DNA of 64,000 nucleotides from an uncultured delta proteobacterium (GTDB taxonomy: Bacteria > Desulfobacterota > Desulfobacteria > Desulfobacterales > JAFDCJ01), in NCBI GenBank assembly GCA_963769935.1, contig CAVYNY010000013.1, positions 96,001-160,000 on the forward strand. The letters are read 5' to 3'. The notes under the pieces were generated by a model. It was not told the origin of the DNA. It saw only the letters and a program-made list of their open reading frames with translations, and did not search any database. The position numbers were made by a program, and so were the translations under genes. The first letter of the stretch is position 1. Every line of letters starts with the position of its first letter. Positions 21,301 through 31,071 of the stretch are shown one piece after another.

Positions 21301-21921
21301 AAATCTCATCCATTGCTCAAACTGGTGCAGCAATGGCAGCGTAAACTGGACTGGGGCGGATTTCAGGGGATCGAGTCGGACATACAAAAGAGCATTCGGG
21401 CCGTTAAAAGCTACCTCTACCATGTCGAAGCGGAGTTCTCCCGCGATATTGATTACTTTCACCTGCGCGGCCAGGACAACATCCTGCACTATCTGCCGGT
21501 GGGCAAAATGGTCGTCAGGCTGCACGCAGACGACAGCCTGTTTGAGACATTGGCCAGGATTGCGGCCGTAAAAATAACCGGGTGCCGTCTGTGGATCAGC
21601 GTCCCCAAAGGATTGGACAATCCGGTCACCCGCTTTCTGCACGCCAAAGAAGGGCAGCGGCTGACCGCGAAGGCCCCGATTTTTTATGAGCTTGACCAGG
21701 ATATGCTGAAAAGCTTGCCGAGTATCGACCGGATCAGATACGCCGCTCCGGCCAGAGTTTCCCCGGAGGTATATGAGGCCGCGGCAGCCAGCGGCTTCTA
21801 TATCGCCCGCACGCCCGTCATGATGGACGGGCGCCTCGAACTTTTGCAATACTACCGCCAGCAAAGCATTTGCCACAACTACCATCGCTACGGCAACCTC
21901 GGCGAACGCGCCCTGGAATGA
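18324..21921 (+). CDS. putA: Bifunctional proline dehydrogenase / P5C dehydrogenase PutA, interrupted by a single +1 frameshift
   Basis: PRODH motifs (LDME, RIVKGA, ASHN, YLIRRLDEN) in 18324-20270; ALDH motifs (ISPWNFP, AETGGKN, GQKCSA, EFFGP) in the second frame; an extra C at 20098-20100 joins them into ~1198 aa. Confidence 0.88.
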
Positions 21922-21943
21922 AAGGCGGGTGATACTTCATGAC

Positions 21944-21972
21944 TTGACATCCCAGCCGGTTTTGGCCATACT
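21944..21972 (+). promoter_or_regulatory. Sigma70-type promoter candidate for pncB
   Basis: TTGACA-N17-CATACT, about 230 bp upstream of ATG 22203. Confidence 0.55.
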
Positions 21973-22202
21973 CCGAATTCTCTAGCGAAACCGTTCAGGG
22001 GTTCAAAAGCTGAATGCTCATGCCGTAAGCCATCACGCCGGCATGTGAATTTTCATAAAATATTTGCTGCGCTGCAAAGCAGGTCAGGCCGAACCATCAA
22101 CCCTGCGTGTGGGGTCGAAGCCCGAAGGGCGGATCCCCAAACCCTGGACCTTTGAATCCAGAAGACCTGAATATTTGAACCCATAAAAAAGGAAATCCGG
22201 TT

Positions 22203-23414
22203 ATGCCAAACCATCTGGATGCCCATATATTTGATCTACCCGTCCAGGAACTGCGCCGTGGATATCTCAGCGATATTTATTTCTGGCGCGAGAAGATCAC
22301 CCTTGAAAAGCACAATCTGCACCCTGAAGTAACCATGCAGGTATTTCAAAAAAAAGACGCCGTACTGTGCGGGGTGGATGAAGCCGTGGCCGTGCTCAAG
22401 CTGGCGGCCGGCGAATATACGGATTACGAGAAGGCTTATAAGTTGTTCGATAGGCTGATTGAGCTCAAAATCAATGCCCGCCGGCAATTTCTCGGCAATC
22501 ACAAGGCCTATCTCAGGGACATCGAACAGAAGATGGAAGTTTCAAAGCAGCTGGACGAATTGTGGGAAAGCGGTTTCGAAAAGCTGAAAGTTGAAACCCT
22601 GTACGATGGTGCGCACATCTCACCCTGGGAATCGGTGATGCACATTACCGGAGACGCCGGCCTTTTTGCCCATCTGGAGACGGTCTATCTGGGCATTCTG
22701 GCGCGCCGCACCAAGATTGCCAGCAATGTCCGCAGCGTGGTGGCGGCGGCCAACGGCAAGATCGTGCTTTACTTTCCAGCCCGCTTCGATCATTGGGCCT
22801 TGCAGGGCGGCGATGGGTATGCGGCGCACATCGGCGGCGCCACCGGTGTTTCCACCGACGCCCAGGCCCAGTGGTGGGGTGCCAAGGCCTCCGGCACGGT
22901 GCCTCACGCATTGATCGCAGCCGTCGGCGGCGATACGGTAAGGGCCATAACGCTTTTCGGTGAGACCTATCCCGAGGTTGATCTGGTGGCCCTGGTGGAT
23001 TTCGACAACGACTGTGTCGGCACGGCTTTAAAATGCTGTGAAGCTCTGGGAGACAGGCTCTGGGGCGTGAGGCTGGATACATCCAACACTCTGGTGGACA
23101 AGTCCATTATCCCGGTCATGCAAAACTTCAACCCGACCGGAGTCACCCCCCGTCTGGTGGAAATGACGCGTAAGACATTGGACCAGCACGGCTTTAATCA
23201 TGTCAAAATCATTGTGTCCGGCGGATTCAATCCGGACCGCATCGCCGAGTTTGAGAAACTGCAGGTGCCGGTGGATGCCTACGGAGTGGGCAGCTACCTG
23301 ATGCGCGGCGTCAACGCCTTTACCGCTGATGTTGTTCTGCTGGAAGGCAAGCCCTGCGCCAAGGTCGGCAGGAAGTATAGTCCGAATCCACGTCTGGAAT
23401 TGGTGCGATTCTAG
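22203..23414 (+). CDS. pncB: Nicotinate phosphoribosyltransferase (type II PRTase, NAPRTase/QPRTase family)
   Basis: SDIYF, LETVYLGIL, FPARFDH, GTVPHALI, LVDFDND, GVRLDT, IIVSGGF, YGVG. Confidence 0.8.
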   Translation: MPNHLDAHIFDLPVQELRRGYLSDIYFWREKITLEKHNLHPEVTMQVFQKKDAVLCGVDEAVAVLKLAAGEYTDYEKAYKLFDRLIELKINARRQFLGNHKAYLRDIEQKMEVSKQLDELWESGFEKLKVETLYDGAHISPWESVMHITGDAGLFAHLETVYLGILARRTKIASNVRSVVAAANGKIVLYFPARFDHWALQGGDGYAAHIGGATGVSTDAQAQWWGAKASGTVPHALIAAVGGDTVRAITLFGETYPEVDLVALVDFDNDCVGTALKCCEALGDRLWGVRLDTSNTLVDKSIIPVMQNFNPTGVTPRLVEMTRKTLDQHGFNHVKIIVSGGFNPDRIAEFEKLQVPVDAYGVGSYLMRGVNAFTADVVLLEGKPCAKVGRKYSPNPRLELVRF

Positions 23415-23453
23415 AATGAAGGATCGACATCGTCCCAGCCTCGGAAATTCCGA

Positions 23454-24173
23454 TTAAAGCGCACAGTATCTTTCATAAACCACATCTGAGAGTGCATCGA
23501 TCGTACTTTCGTGGCGGATAGCGCCGTGATGGATGAGATAGGCGCGGTTGCAAATAGACCTGGCAAAGTTTAAATTTTGTTCGGCCAGCAGAATCGACAC
23601 GCCCTCATTCTTAAGTTTTTGAATCATCAGCGCCAGCTGATCGACGATGACGGGGGCAAGTCCCTCGGAAGGTTCATCCATGATAATCATTTCAGGGTTG
23701 CCCATGAGGGTGCGGGCAATGGTCAGCATCTGCTGCTCGCCGCCGCTGAGGGTTCTCCCGATCCGGGTGCGTCGCTCAGCCAGATTGGGAAACAATTCAA
23801 ACAACCTCTCCGGATTCCAGGGCTCATAACCTTTCCTGGCAGGCTGCCGGCCCACCTCCAGATTTTCCAAAATGGTGAGGCCGCTGAAAATGCGCCGATC
23901 TTCCGGCACATAACCAAGCCCCAGAGCACAGATCTTAAATGGGGGCAATTTCTCGATCGCCCGTCCTTGATATATTATTTTTCCGCTCTTGGGCGGCACG
24001 ATTCCCATAATACTTTTGAAAGTAGTGGTCTTGCCGGCACCGTTGCGGCCGAGCAGCACGACAACCTCACCCTGTGTGATTTCAAATTCCAGGTTGAATA
24101 GAATTTGGGCTTTTCCGTAAAACGTGTTCAACCCGCTAACCTGAAGGATTTTACCATTTGGCATGACTGCCAT
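23454..24173 (-). CDS. ABC transporter ATPase (LivF-type)
   Basis: GRNGAGKTT, LSGGEQQML, MDEPSEGLAP. Confidence 0.92.
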   Translation of the reverse strand: MAVMPNGKILQVSGLNTFYGKAQILFNLEFEITQGEVVVLLGRNGAGKTTTFKSIMGIVPPKSGKIIYQGRAIEKLPPFKICALGLGYVPEDRRIFSGLTILENLEVGRQPARKGYEPWNPERLFELFPNLAERRTRIGRTLSGGEQQMLTIARTLMGNPEMIIMDEPSEGLAPVIVDQLALMIQKLKNEGVSILLAEQNLNFARSICNRAYLIHHGAIRHESTIDALSDVVYERYCAL

Positions 24174-24474
24174 AGTTTAGAACGCCTCGCTTTTTGAAGA
24201 AAGAAGTTGAGAAGTTGGGAAGTTGAGCAAAAAGACAATAAAAAAACATTTATTAATTGCTAGTCGAATATCACTGAACGGTCCGACAAATCTCATCAAG
24301 ACAATTCAATGGCGCCAACATCCAACCTCCCGGCATCTCAATCTCTCTACTTCTCAATTTCGTATCTTCCCGCTGTTGCATCAAAAGATAGACTTCCGGC
24401 CCTTCTGAACCGTGAACCCTGGGCCCAGAACCTCTGAACCCCTGAACAAATCCCTTTGCCCCCGGCCCCATGCC

Positions 24475-25221
24475 CTATGCCCTCTTACCCAGATAGATTT
24501 CCTGAACTTTCGGACTATTGCGAACTTCCGCCGGTGTGCCTTCAGCGACCAGCTCGCCCCGGTTGAGTACAATGATGCGATCGGCGTGGGTAAAAACAAC
24601 ATCCATGTCATGCTCGGTGAACAAAACACCGATGTTCCGGGTTCTAACGATATTGGTAGTCAATTTCATCAAGGCCCGGCGTTCGGCGGGACCCATACCG
24701 GCGGTCGGCTCATCCATCAGCAGGAGTTTGGGCCTGGTGGCCAGAGCGACGGCCAACTCAACCCGCTTTAAATCCCCGTAGGCCAGCACATCACAGGCCC
24801 TGTCATGCTGATCTTCGATTCCTACCATTTTGAGCAATTCCATGGATTCGTCGCTGTAAAGTTTGCGCACCCTGCTGAAAAAGGATTTGGTCTGCCGGTG
24901 GTAAGACAGCATCGCCATTTTTATATTCTCCAGCACGGTCATCGAGGCAAAGGTGGATGTGATCTGAAATGTTCGGCCCACTCCCAGTTGCCAGACCTGT
25001 CGCGGCCGGTGGCCGTTAATCTTTTTGCCCCTGATAACAATACTGCCGCGATCCGGCCGCAGCTGGCCGTTGATCAGGTTGAAACAGGTCGATTTGCCGG
25101 CGCCGTTCGGGCCGATCATCGCCAGCAACTGGCCTTCACTCAAATCAAAGCTTAAATTGTTGACGGCCTGCACCCCGCCAAACGATTTGGCAAGCTCATG
25201 TACTTCGAGTACTTTTGCCAT
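24475..25221 (-). CDS. ABC transporter ATPase (LivG-type)
   Basis: GPNGAGKST, LAYGDLKRVELA, MDEPTAGM, EHDMD. Confidence 0.92.
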   Translation of the reverse strand: MAKVLEVHELAKSFGGVQAVNNLSFDLSEGQLLAMIGPNGAGKSTCFNLINGQLRPDRGSIVIRGKKINGHRPRQVWQLGVGRTFQITSTFASMTVLENIKMAMLSYHRQTKSFFSRVRKLYSDESMELLKMVGIEDQHDRACDVLAYGDLKRVELAVALATRPKLLLMDEPTAGMGPAERRALMKLTTNIVRTRNIGVLFTEHDMDVVFTHADRIIVLNRGELVAEGTPAEVRNSPKVQEIYLGKRA

Positions 25222-25396
25222 TGAGTGTTGTCACCTCATTTTGGAAGCTAAAAAAATTTTCGATTCTACAATCCCCAGTCCTGCTGCTCTGGAAAAATGC
25301 CTGAAATGCGCTAAAATGCCTAAAATTGTCGAGTCGTTGCACTCCGTCCTTCATTATATTGGTTGACACTTGGTAATTTGGAAACGATAGAATTCC

Positions 25397-27283
25397 TTAA
25401 TTCGTCATTCGAAATTCGACGCTCGACGTTCCCTCTTGGGTCTGGTCGGCAAAATACTTGCCGAAGCGGTTGTAAATCCCGCCGACAATCCCCTGGGGGA
25501 ACACCGCTACCAGAAAAATAAAAATAAACCCTAAAATGAGCTGCCAGAAATCGAGCCGTGAAATCTTGTCGTACAGCCAGGTGTAGGCCGCTGATCCGAC
25601 AACCGGTCCGAACAAGGTTTTAACGCCGCCCAACAACACCATGTACAGGAAGTCAAAAGAACGCGGAATGGCCATTTCATCCGGGAAGACACTGCCTTTG
25701 GAAAACACGTAGATACCACCGGCCAATCCGGCGAAGATTCCGGCGACAATAAACGCCAGCCATTGGTGCCGGCGCATGTTAATCCCGATGGAATCCGCCC
25801 GCAGGGCCGAGTCGCGACAGGCGCGCATCGTATAACCGAACGGCGTAAAAACAAGATACCGCAGTGCCAGGATGCCCCCGCTGCACAACACAACGGTAAG
25901 GTAATAAAAAACGATTTTACTGTCGGCCCATTGCGAGGGCCAGATACTTAAAATACCATCGTCTCCACCGGTAAATTCACCCCATTGAAACACAATCGAC
26001 CAGCAGATTTGCGCAAAGGCCAGAGTCAGCATGGCAAAATATATTCCGGACAGCCGCACGCAGAACCAGCCGATAATCAACGCCAACAGTCCGGTCAGCA
26101 GGGGCGCCAACAGCAGGGCCAACTCCATCGGGCTTTGGACATAATGCACCATCAGGGCGGCGGCATACGCGCCACCCCCGAAAAAGGCGGCGTGCCCGAA
26201 TGAGACCATACCTCCCGGTCCGAACAGGAAATACACACTCATGCTGGCCAGTGCAAAGATGGCGATCTCGGTAATCAAAATCAGCTGAAACGTACTCGCA
26301 AACATGGGCATCAGCAGGATCAGAATCAATAAAGCCAGACCGAGAAGCCTCAGCCGGGCCGAGGCCGGCCGCAGCAGGGACCCGGCCCCGTTGGGGGAGC
26401 TATGTGCATGGGCTTCGGCCTTGCCCAGCAGACCATGCGGCCGAATGACCAGCACCACGGCCATTACCAGAAACATCAGAACCAGTGTGCTGGCCGGAAA
26501 AACCAAAACCCCGAATGAACTGAGCTCTCCGATGATGACGGCTGCCAGGTAAGCCCCGAAGATGCTGCCCATGCCTCCTACCACCACAACCACAAAGGCG
26601 GTGGCAATCACATTTAAATCCATTAGAAGATCTGCACCCCCCTTCGGCAGCTGCAGCGCCCCCCCCAGTCCGGCTAAAAAAGAACCCAGGAAAAATACGC
26701 CGGTAAACAGCCGGGTTTGATTTACCCCCAGAGCATCGGACATCTCCCGGTCTTCGGTGGCGGCGCGCACGAGAATACCCCACCGCGTTCGATTCAATAG
26801 CAGCCACAGCCCGCCGAGAATCAGCGGGGCAATGATGATCAGCGCCAGATCGTACTGCGGCTGCAAGGCTCCCATAATGTCAATGCTGCCCTTTAGACCC
26901 GGCGCTCTTGGCCCCAGCAGGTCTTCGGCGCCGAACAGCCAGCGGGACAGATCCTGAAGAATTAAGACGATCCCGAAGGTGGCCAAGAGAATAAAAAGCT
27001 CGGGTGCCTGGTACAAACGCCTCAATAATAACACCTCCACAATGACCCCGATCAAACCCACCACCAGGGCCGCCAGCAGGATGCTGCCCCAGAATGGCAC
27101 AATGCCCGGCGGGAAATAGGCAATCAGGTAGTAAGCCAAATACGCGCCTACCATGTAAAAAGAGCCGTGGGCCAGATTGACGATGCGGGAGACGCCAAAA
27201 ATAAGAGACAAACCGCAGGCCACAAGAAACAGGCCGGAGGCAGCCGATAAGCCGGTGAGAAATTGTACAACGTAAAAGCCCAC
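25397..27283 (-). CDS. ABC transporter permease, fused LivH-LivM type
   Basis: Two tandem permease domains (GLSLIFGV..IVNLAHG; GMVSFGHAAFFG, YFAMLTLAFAQ), 628 aa. Confidence 0.92.
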   Translation of the reverse strand: MGFYVVQFLTGLSAASGLFLVACGLSLIFGVSRIVNLAHGSFYMVGAYLAYYLIAYFPPGIVPFWGSILLAALVVGLIGVIVEVLLLRRLYQAPELFILLATFGIVLILQDLSRWLFGAEDLLGPRAPGLKGSIDIMGALQPQYDLALIIIAPLILGGLWLLLNRTRWGILVRAATEDREMSDALGVNQTRLFTGVFFLGSFLAGLGGALQLPKGGADLLMDLNVIATAFVVVVVGGMGSIFGAYLAAVIIGELSSFGVLVFPASTLVLMFLVMAVVLVIRPHGLLGKAEAHAHSSPNGAGSLLRPASARLRLLGLALLILILLMPMFASTFQLILITEIAIFALASMSVYFLFGPGGMVSFGHAAFFGGGAYAAALMVHYVQSPMELALLLAPLLTGLLALIIGWFCVRLSGIYFAMLTLAFAQICWSIVFQWGEFTGGDDGILSIWPSQWADSKIVFYYLTVVLCSGGILALRYLVFTPFGYTMRACRDSALRADSIGINMRRHQWLAFIVAGIFAGLAGGIYVFSKGSVFPDEMAIPRSFDFLYMVLLGGVKTLFGPVVGSAAYTWLYDKISRLDFWQLILGFIFIFLVAVFPQGIVGGIYNRFGKYFADQTQEGTSSVEFRMTN

Positions 27284-27492
27284 TATGCCTATATCCTAAA
27301 ATCGCTTAGGGGTAGTACACCTTAATAAATAATTGATGATGACAGCGAACGGTCAGACGCCGGTTGTCCATGGTTCGTTGCGTAAGATATGGTGCAAATA
27401 TCCTATTTTAACCAACTGACAACGGACATTATTGAATTTCGATATCCGAATTTGAAAATGGGTGCGGTCCCTTAAACCAGGTCCGACTTCGA

Positions 27493-28704
27493 TTAGTCTT
27501 GCGGCCGCAATTTCATTACCTCGGCATCGCTGGGAAGATAATCTTTGCCGTCTTCATATTGCCAGTCAACCATAATGCCCTTGCCGTTTTTAAACGCTGT
27601 GTATCCCACCCATGCGCCCATGGTGGACTGGTGGTCGATTTTACGGTAGGTGATCGGTCCGATAATCGAATCGAAGGTCAGGCCTTCCATGGCATCCACC
27701 ATTTTCTCCGTATCGGTGCTGCCGGCCTTTTTCAACATGAAGTAAACGGACATCATGGTGTTATAACCCACTATCGATCCGGTGCGCGGATAATCCTTGA
27801 ACTTCTTCTGGTAAGCTTCGACAAACTTCACATGGGGCTGATCTTTGATGTCGTACCATGGATATCCCGTAACCAGCCACCCCTCCGGCGCTTCATCTTT
27901 CAGGGGATCGAGATATTCAGGTTCACCGGTCAATAAACTGACGACATATAAACCTTTAAAAAACCCTCTCAATTTGCCTTCCCGCACAAACTTGGCCAGG
28001 TCGCCGGCAAATGTGACGTTGTATAAGGCTTCCGGTTTGGCATCCGTCAGAGCCTGAATTTCGGCACCGGCATTGATTTTAAAAAGGGCCGGCCATTGCT
28101 CGGCTACAAATTCGACATCCGGGCGTTTGGCTTTCAGCACCGCTTGAAACGACTTTACGGCATCCTTGCCATAGGCATAGTTGGGGGCAATGGTCGCCCA
28201 GCGTTTGGCAGGATTTTTTGCGGCTTTCTCGGCCAGCATGGCTGCCTGCATGTAAGTCGAGGGGCGCAGCCGGAAGGTGTAGCGATTGCCATTTTCCCAT
28301 ACCAGGGCGTCTGAAAGCGGTTCAGCAGCGAGAAACAACACTTTGTTGCGTTTAGCAAAATCCGTTACGGCCAACCCGATGTGGGAAAAGTAGGTTCCCA
28401 TCAGCAGGAGGACTTTATCTCTCCGAACCAGCTCCTCGGCAACTGTGACGGCGGTTCCCGGTTTGCCGGCATCATCGCGGGAGATCACTTCAAGCTGCTT
28501 GCCCATGACACCGCCCGAGTTGTTGATTTCTTCAAGGGCGAGCTGCCAGCCGTTGCGGTAAGGGAAAGTAAAGTTGGTTAATTGGCTGTAGGTTTGAATC
28601 TCGCCGATCTTGATGGTGTCCGCAGCCAGAGCAGCAGAGCTTGCCCCCGCCACGAAAATCGAAACATAGGCTATGACAGCCCAAAAAACTTTTGTTGCTT
28701 TCAT
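27493..28704 (-). CDS. ABC transporter substrate-binding protein (type 1 periplasmic binding fold)
   Basis: Signal peptide (ALA-ADTIKIG), INNSGGVMGK, YTFRLRPST; AGGAG RBS. Confidence 0.92.
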   Translation of the reverse strand: MKATKVFWAVIAYVSIFVAGASSAALAADTIKIGEIQTYSQLTNFTFPYRNGWQLALEEINNSGGVMGKQLEVISRDDAGKPGTAVTVAEELVRRDKVLLLMGTYFSHIGLAVTDFAKRNKVLFLAAEPLSDALVWENGNRYTFRLRPSTYMQAAMLAEKAAKNPAKRWATIAPNYAYGKDAVKSFQAVLKAKRPDVEFVAEQWPALFKINAGAEIQALTDAKPEALYNVTFAGDLAKFVREGKLRGFFKGLYVVSLLTGEPEYLDPLKDEAPEGWLVTGYPWYDIKDQPHVKFVEAYQKKFKDYPRTGSIVGYNTMMSVYFMLKKAGSTDTEKMVDAMEGLTFDSIIGPITYRKIDHQSTMGAWVGYTAFKNGKGIMVDWQYEDGKDYLPSDAEVMKLRPQD

Positions 28705-28718
28705 TTTCGCTACTCCTT

Positions 28719-29423
28719 TTACACATCCAATTCTGATTTAATCGTTATCCCTTTGGCTTTCATTTCTTCCAGAGCTTTGGCGGTTGTACCGGGTGCCACC
28801 CCTTTGCTCAAACCTTCTATGACGGAAACTTTGTACCCGGCATCCGCGGCATCGATCGCGGTTGCCTTGACGCAATAGTCGGTGGCAATACCGTAAACAA
28901 TCAGCGCTTTGATGCCGTTTTTTTGCAGGATTCGGTTCATTTCCGTTTTAGCGCCGCCATCATCCTGGAATCCGGAGTAGCTGTCATATAGCATGTCCTG
29001 GCCTTTTTTAACAATGGCCAGAAAGAGGTTGTTGTCGATCAGAACCCTGGCATTTTCAGTCCCCTGAACGCAATGCGGCGGCCAGAGCACCTGGGTTCTA
29101 TCTTCGATTTTAATTACGTCAAAGGGTTTTTTGCCCTCATGATTCGTAAAAAAGGACACATGATTTTCAGGGTGCCAGTCCTGGGTTCCGAAAATTGGGT
29201 AACCTTTTTCACTCAGCTCTACGGTTGCTTTTTGGACTTTATCGATAAAGACCTTATCGGTTCCGTCTACTGCAAGGGATCCGCTTTTGTAGGTGGCAAA
29301 GTCGCCCTGTACATCAACCACAATCACGCCGGTTTTCTGCTGCCCAAAGGACGCGGATGCATCTGAGAAATAATATAGGGTGACCATCACAGTGGCGACA
29401 ATAATTAAAATTAATCCTTCCAT
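28719..29423 (-). CDS. pncA: Nicotinamidase (isochorismatase family) with hydrophobic N-terminal extension
   Basis: VDVQGDF, TQDWHP..H.SF, WPPHCVQGT, KG...DSYSGF, GIATDYCV; AGGAGG RBS before ATG 29423. Confidence 0.9.
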   Translation of the reverse strand: MEGLILIIVATVMVTLYYFSDASASFGQQKTGVIVVDVQGDFATYKSGSLAVDGTDKVFIDKVQKATVELSEKGYPIFGTQDWHPENHVSFFTNHEGKKPFDVIKIEDRTQVLWPPHCVQGTENARVLIDNNLFLAIVKKGQDMLYDSYSGFQDDGGAKTEMNRILQKNGIKALIVYGIATDYCVKATAIDAADAGYKVSVIEGLSKGVAPGTTAKALEEMKAKGITIKSELDV

Positions 29424-29605
29424 TGCAATGCCTCCTGTTTTGAATTTTGGGTTGGAAAAACTCCGGGCTTCAACATTGTTCACTGTGGCCGGTGATCCGT
29501 AAATTCTATACTAAAGAGCTGCTTCAAAGGTCAATTAAAATTAAAATCTCCTTGAATAGTTTACTCGTTGGGATAGTTGTTTGGGGAAATTATAAATATA
29601 ATTGT

Positions 29606-30115
29606 CTATTTGGCAGTTATCGCAGGGGCGTTGCAACCAACAATTTTACTACGTCGTTCCAGGATCAGCGTGGATCGCCAAAGCCCATCCAACTGCGCAA
29701 TCAGCTCTCGCCGGCCCACTTCCCTGAAACCGAATTTTAAGAGCAATCTATGACTGGCTTTATTCTCAGGAAATATGGAGGAATGAATGGTCCAGATGCC
29801 GTTTCTTTCCGATTCGGGGATTAGATGGGCGATGAGTTGGGTGCCGATTCCCCGGCCGGATTGGTCGGGATCGACATAAATGCTTAATTCAGCAACGCCG
29901 GAATAGCATGATCTTTGCGACACCGGACTCAGGGCTGCCCAGCCGGCCACCGTCCCGTTATCGACGCAGACATAGCGGCAGAATTTATGGTGGGACTGAT
30001 TCCATTTCTCTGCCGTGGGCAGCGCTGTTTCAAAAGTGGCATTTCCGGTCTCGATGCCCTTTTGGTAGACATCCAGCACTGCCTGCAAGTCGGCATTATC
30101 CATATTTCGAATCAT
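29606..30115 (-). CDS. GNAT N-acetyltransferase, phosphinothricin / methionine-sulfoximine acetyltransferase-like
   Basis: GIETGNATFE, YSGVAELSIYV, GRGIG, N..S..L...FGFREVG. Confidence 0.88.
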   Translation of the reverse strand: MIRNMDNADLQAVLDVYQKGIETGNATFETALPTAEKWNQSHHKFCRYVCVDNGTVAGWAALSPVSQRSCYSGVAELSIYVDPDQSGRGIGTQLIAHLIPESERNGIWTIHSSIFPENKASHRLLLKFGFREVGRRELIAQLDGLWRSTLILERRSKIVGCNAPAITAK

Positions 30116-30179
30116 AAGAGTATTCTCTAAGTCTTCAGCAACATTTTACAGCAGTTCTCTTTAGACTGGCGTTGCATTC

Positions 30180-30446
30180 TCAACCAAGAATTCTTGCGGA
30201 GGCTGCTTTGGAGGTAACTACCGGAATTACTTCAAATTCAACCAGGCCCTGCCATTTTTCAATCCATTTGGAAAAGAGTGACGGATCATCCGTTTCCCTG
30301 AGTTGAAAGCAGCGATCGAAGTCTGTGGCCACCCAGCTATTCACATATTGAAGTCCTGCGGGCAGCATGCGTCCCTTGGTCTGAGCCCGGCGGTATACTT
30401 TCCCGGCGCTATCATTTTTGAAGTGTTCAACTACCATATACAGCAT
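30180..30446 (-). CDS. DUF3303-like small protein
   Basis: LYMVVEHF...GRMLP.GL.YV.SWV...RCFQL.ETDD...W..LVEFEVIPV pattern recalled from this family. Confidence 0.75.
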   Translation of the reverse strand: MLYMVVEHFKNDSAGKVYRRAQTKGRMLPAGLQYVNSWVATDFDRCFQLRETDDPSLFSKWIEKWQGLVEFEVIPVVTSKAASARILG

Positions 30447-30574
30447 GTTCGCACCCTACATTTTCTCTCTATAAAACTTATCGGTAATTTTCCACAGGTC
30501 CGGCGTAAAGACTCCCTCCACCTTTTTTCGGATGTGCAGCGGGACTTCGCCAAAGAGAACGGCGCATTTCGAGG

Positions 30575-30907
30575 CTATGGGCTGTCAAAGCAGGCCTTGT
30601 CTTTGTCTTCTCCATCATATCTCCAACCCACGATCTTGCGGGTTGTTGGATCGACCGTAAAGACGTAGCGACAGAGTCCCCGAATGTTTTCGAATACATA
30701 GTGGTATTCGATATTCCCATTTGGCAATAGGGTTTTAAAGACCAATTCGGGTCTAACATGCCATGAATATGAAGGCACGTCATCTATGGATTTTCCGATT
30801 TCAGACTGCAATTGGTCCTGGAATTTTTTGTAGGGATTAAAAGTAAGACAGGAAATGGTCATCAGACACAGGATTGCCGGGACGATCCTGAACCGGTGGG
30901 TCACCAA
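30575..30907 (-). CDS. Hypothetical exported / lipoprotein-like protein
   Basis: TTG start, basic plus hydrophobic N-terminus ending in TISC, two further Cys in the mature part. Confidence 0.55.
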   Translation of the reverse strand: MVTHRFRIVPAILCLMTISCLTFNPYKKFQDQLQSEIGKSIDDVPSYSWHVRPELVFKTLLPNGNIEYHYVFENIRGLCRYVFTVDPTTRKIVGWRYDGEDKDKACFDSP

Positions 30908-31071
30908 ATTCGTATTCCTTATTTGAAGCCTGACGTGAAAATCAACGGCACGTGACCGCGCGGCCGATCAGTTTATGGATAGCACTGCCGAATTCGCCCT
31001 GCCTGGTTGCATGCCCCCTGCATTTTTTTGTTGTCACCAGCACTTCAGCCAATCCTGGTTTAGAGCATTCC

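Noticed and set aside
30478..30783. 101-aa minus-strand ORF overlapping the lipoprotein-like gene
   Set aside because: Alternative frame with no motif; the short non-overlapping tail could be a gene remnant but cannot be identified.
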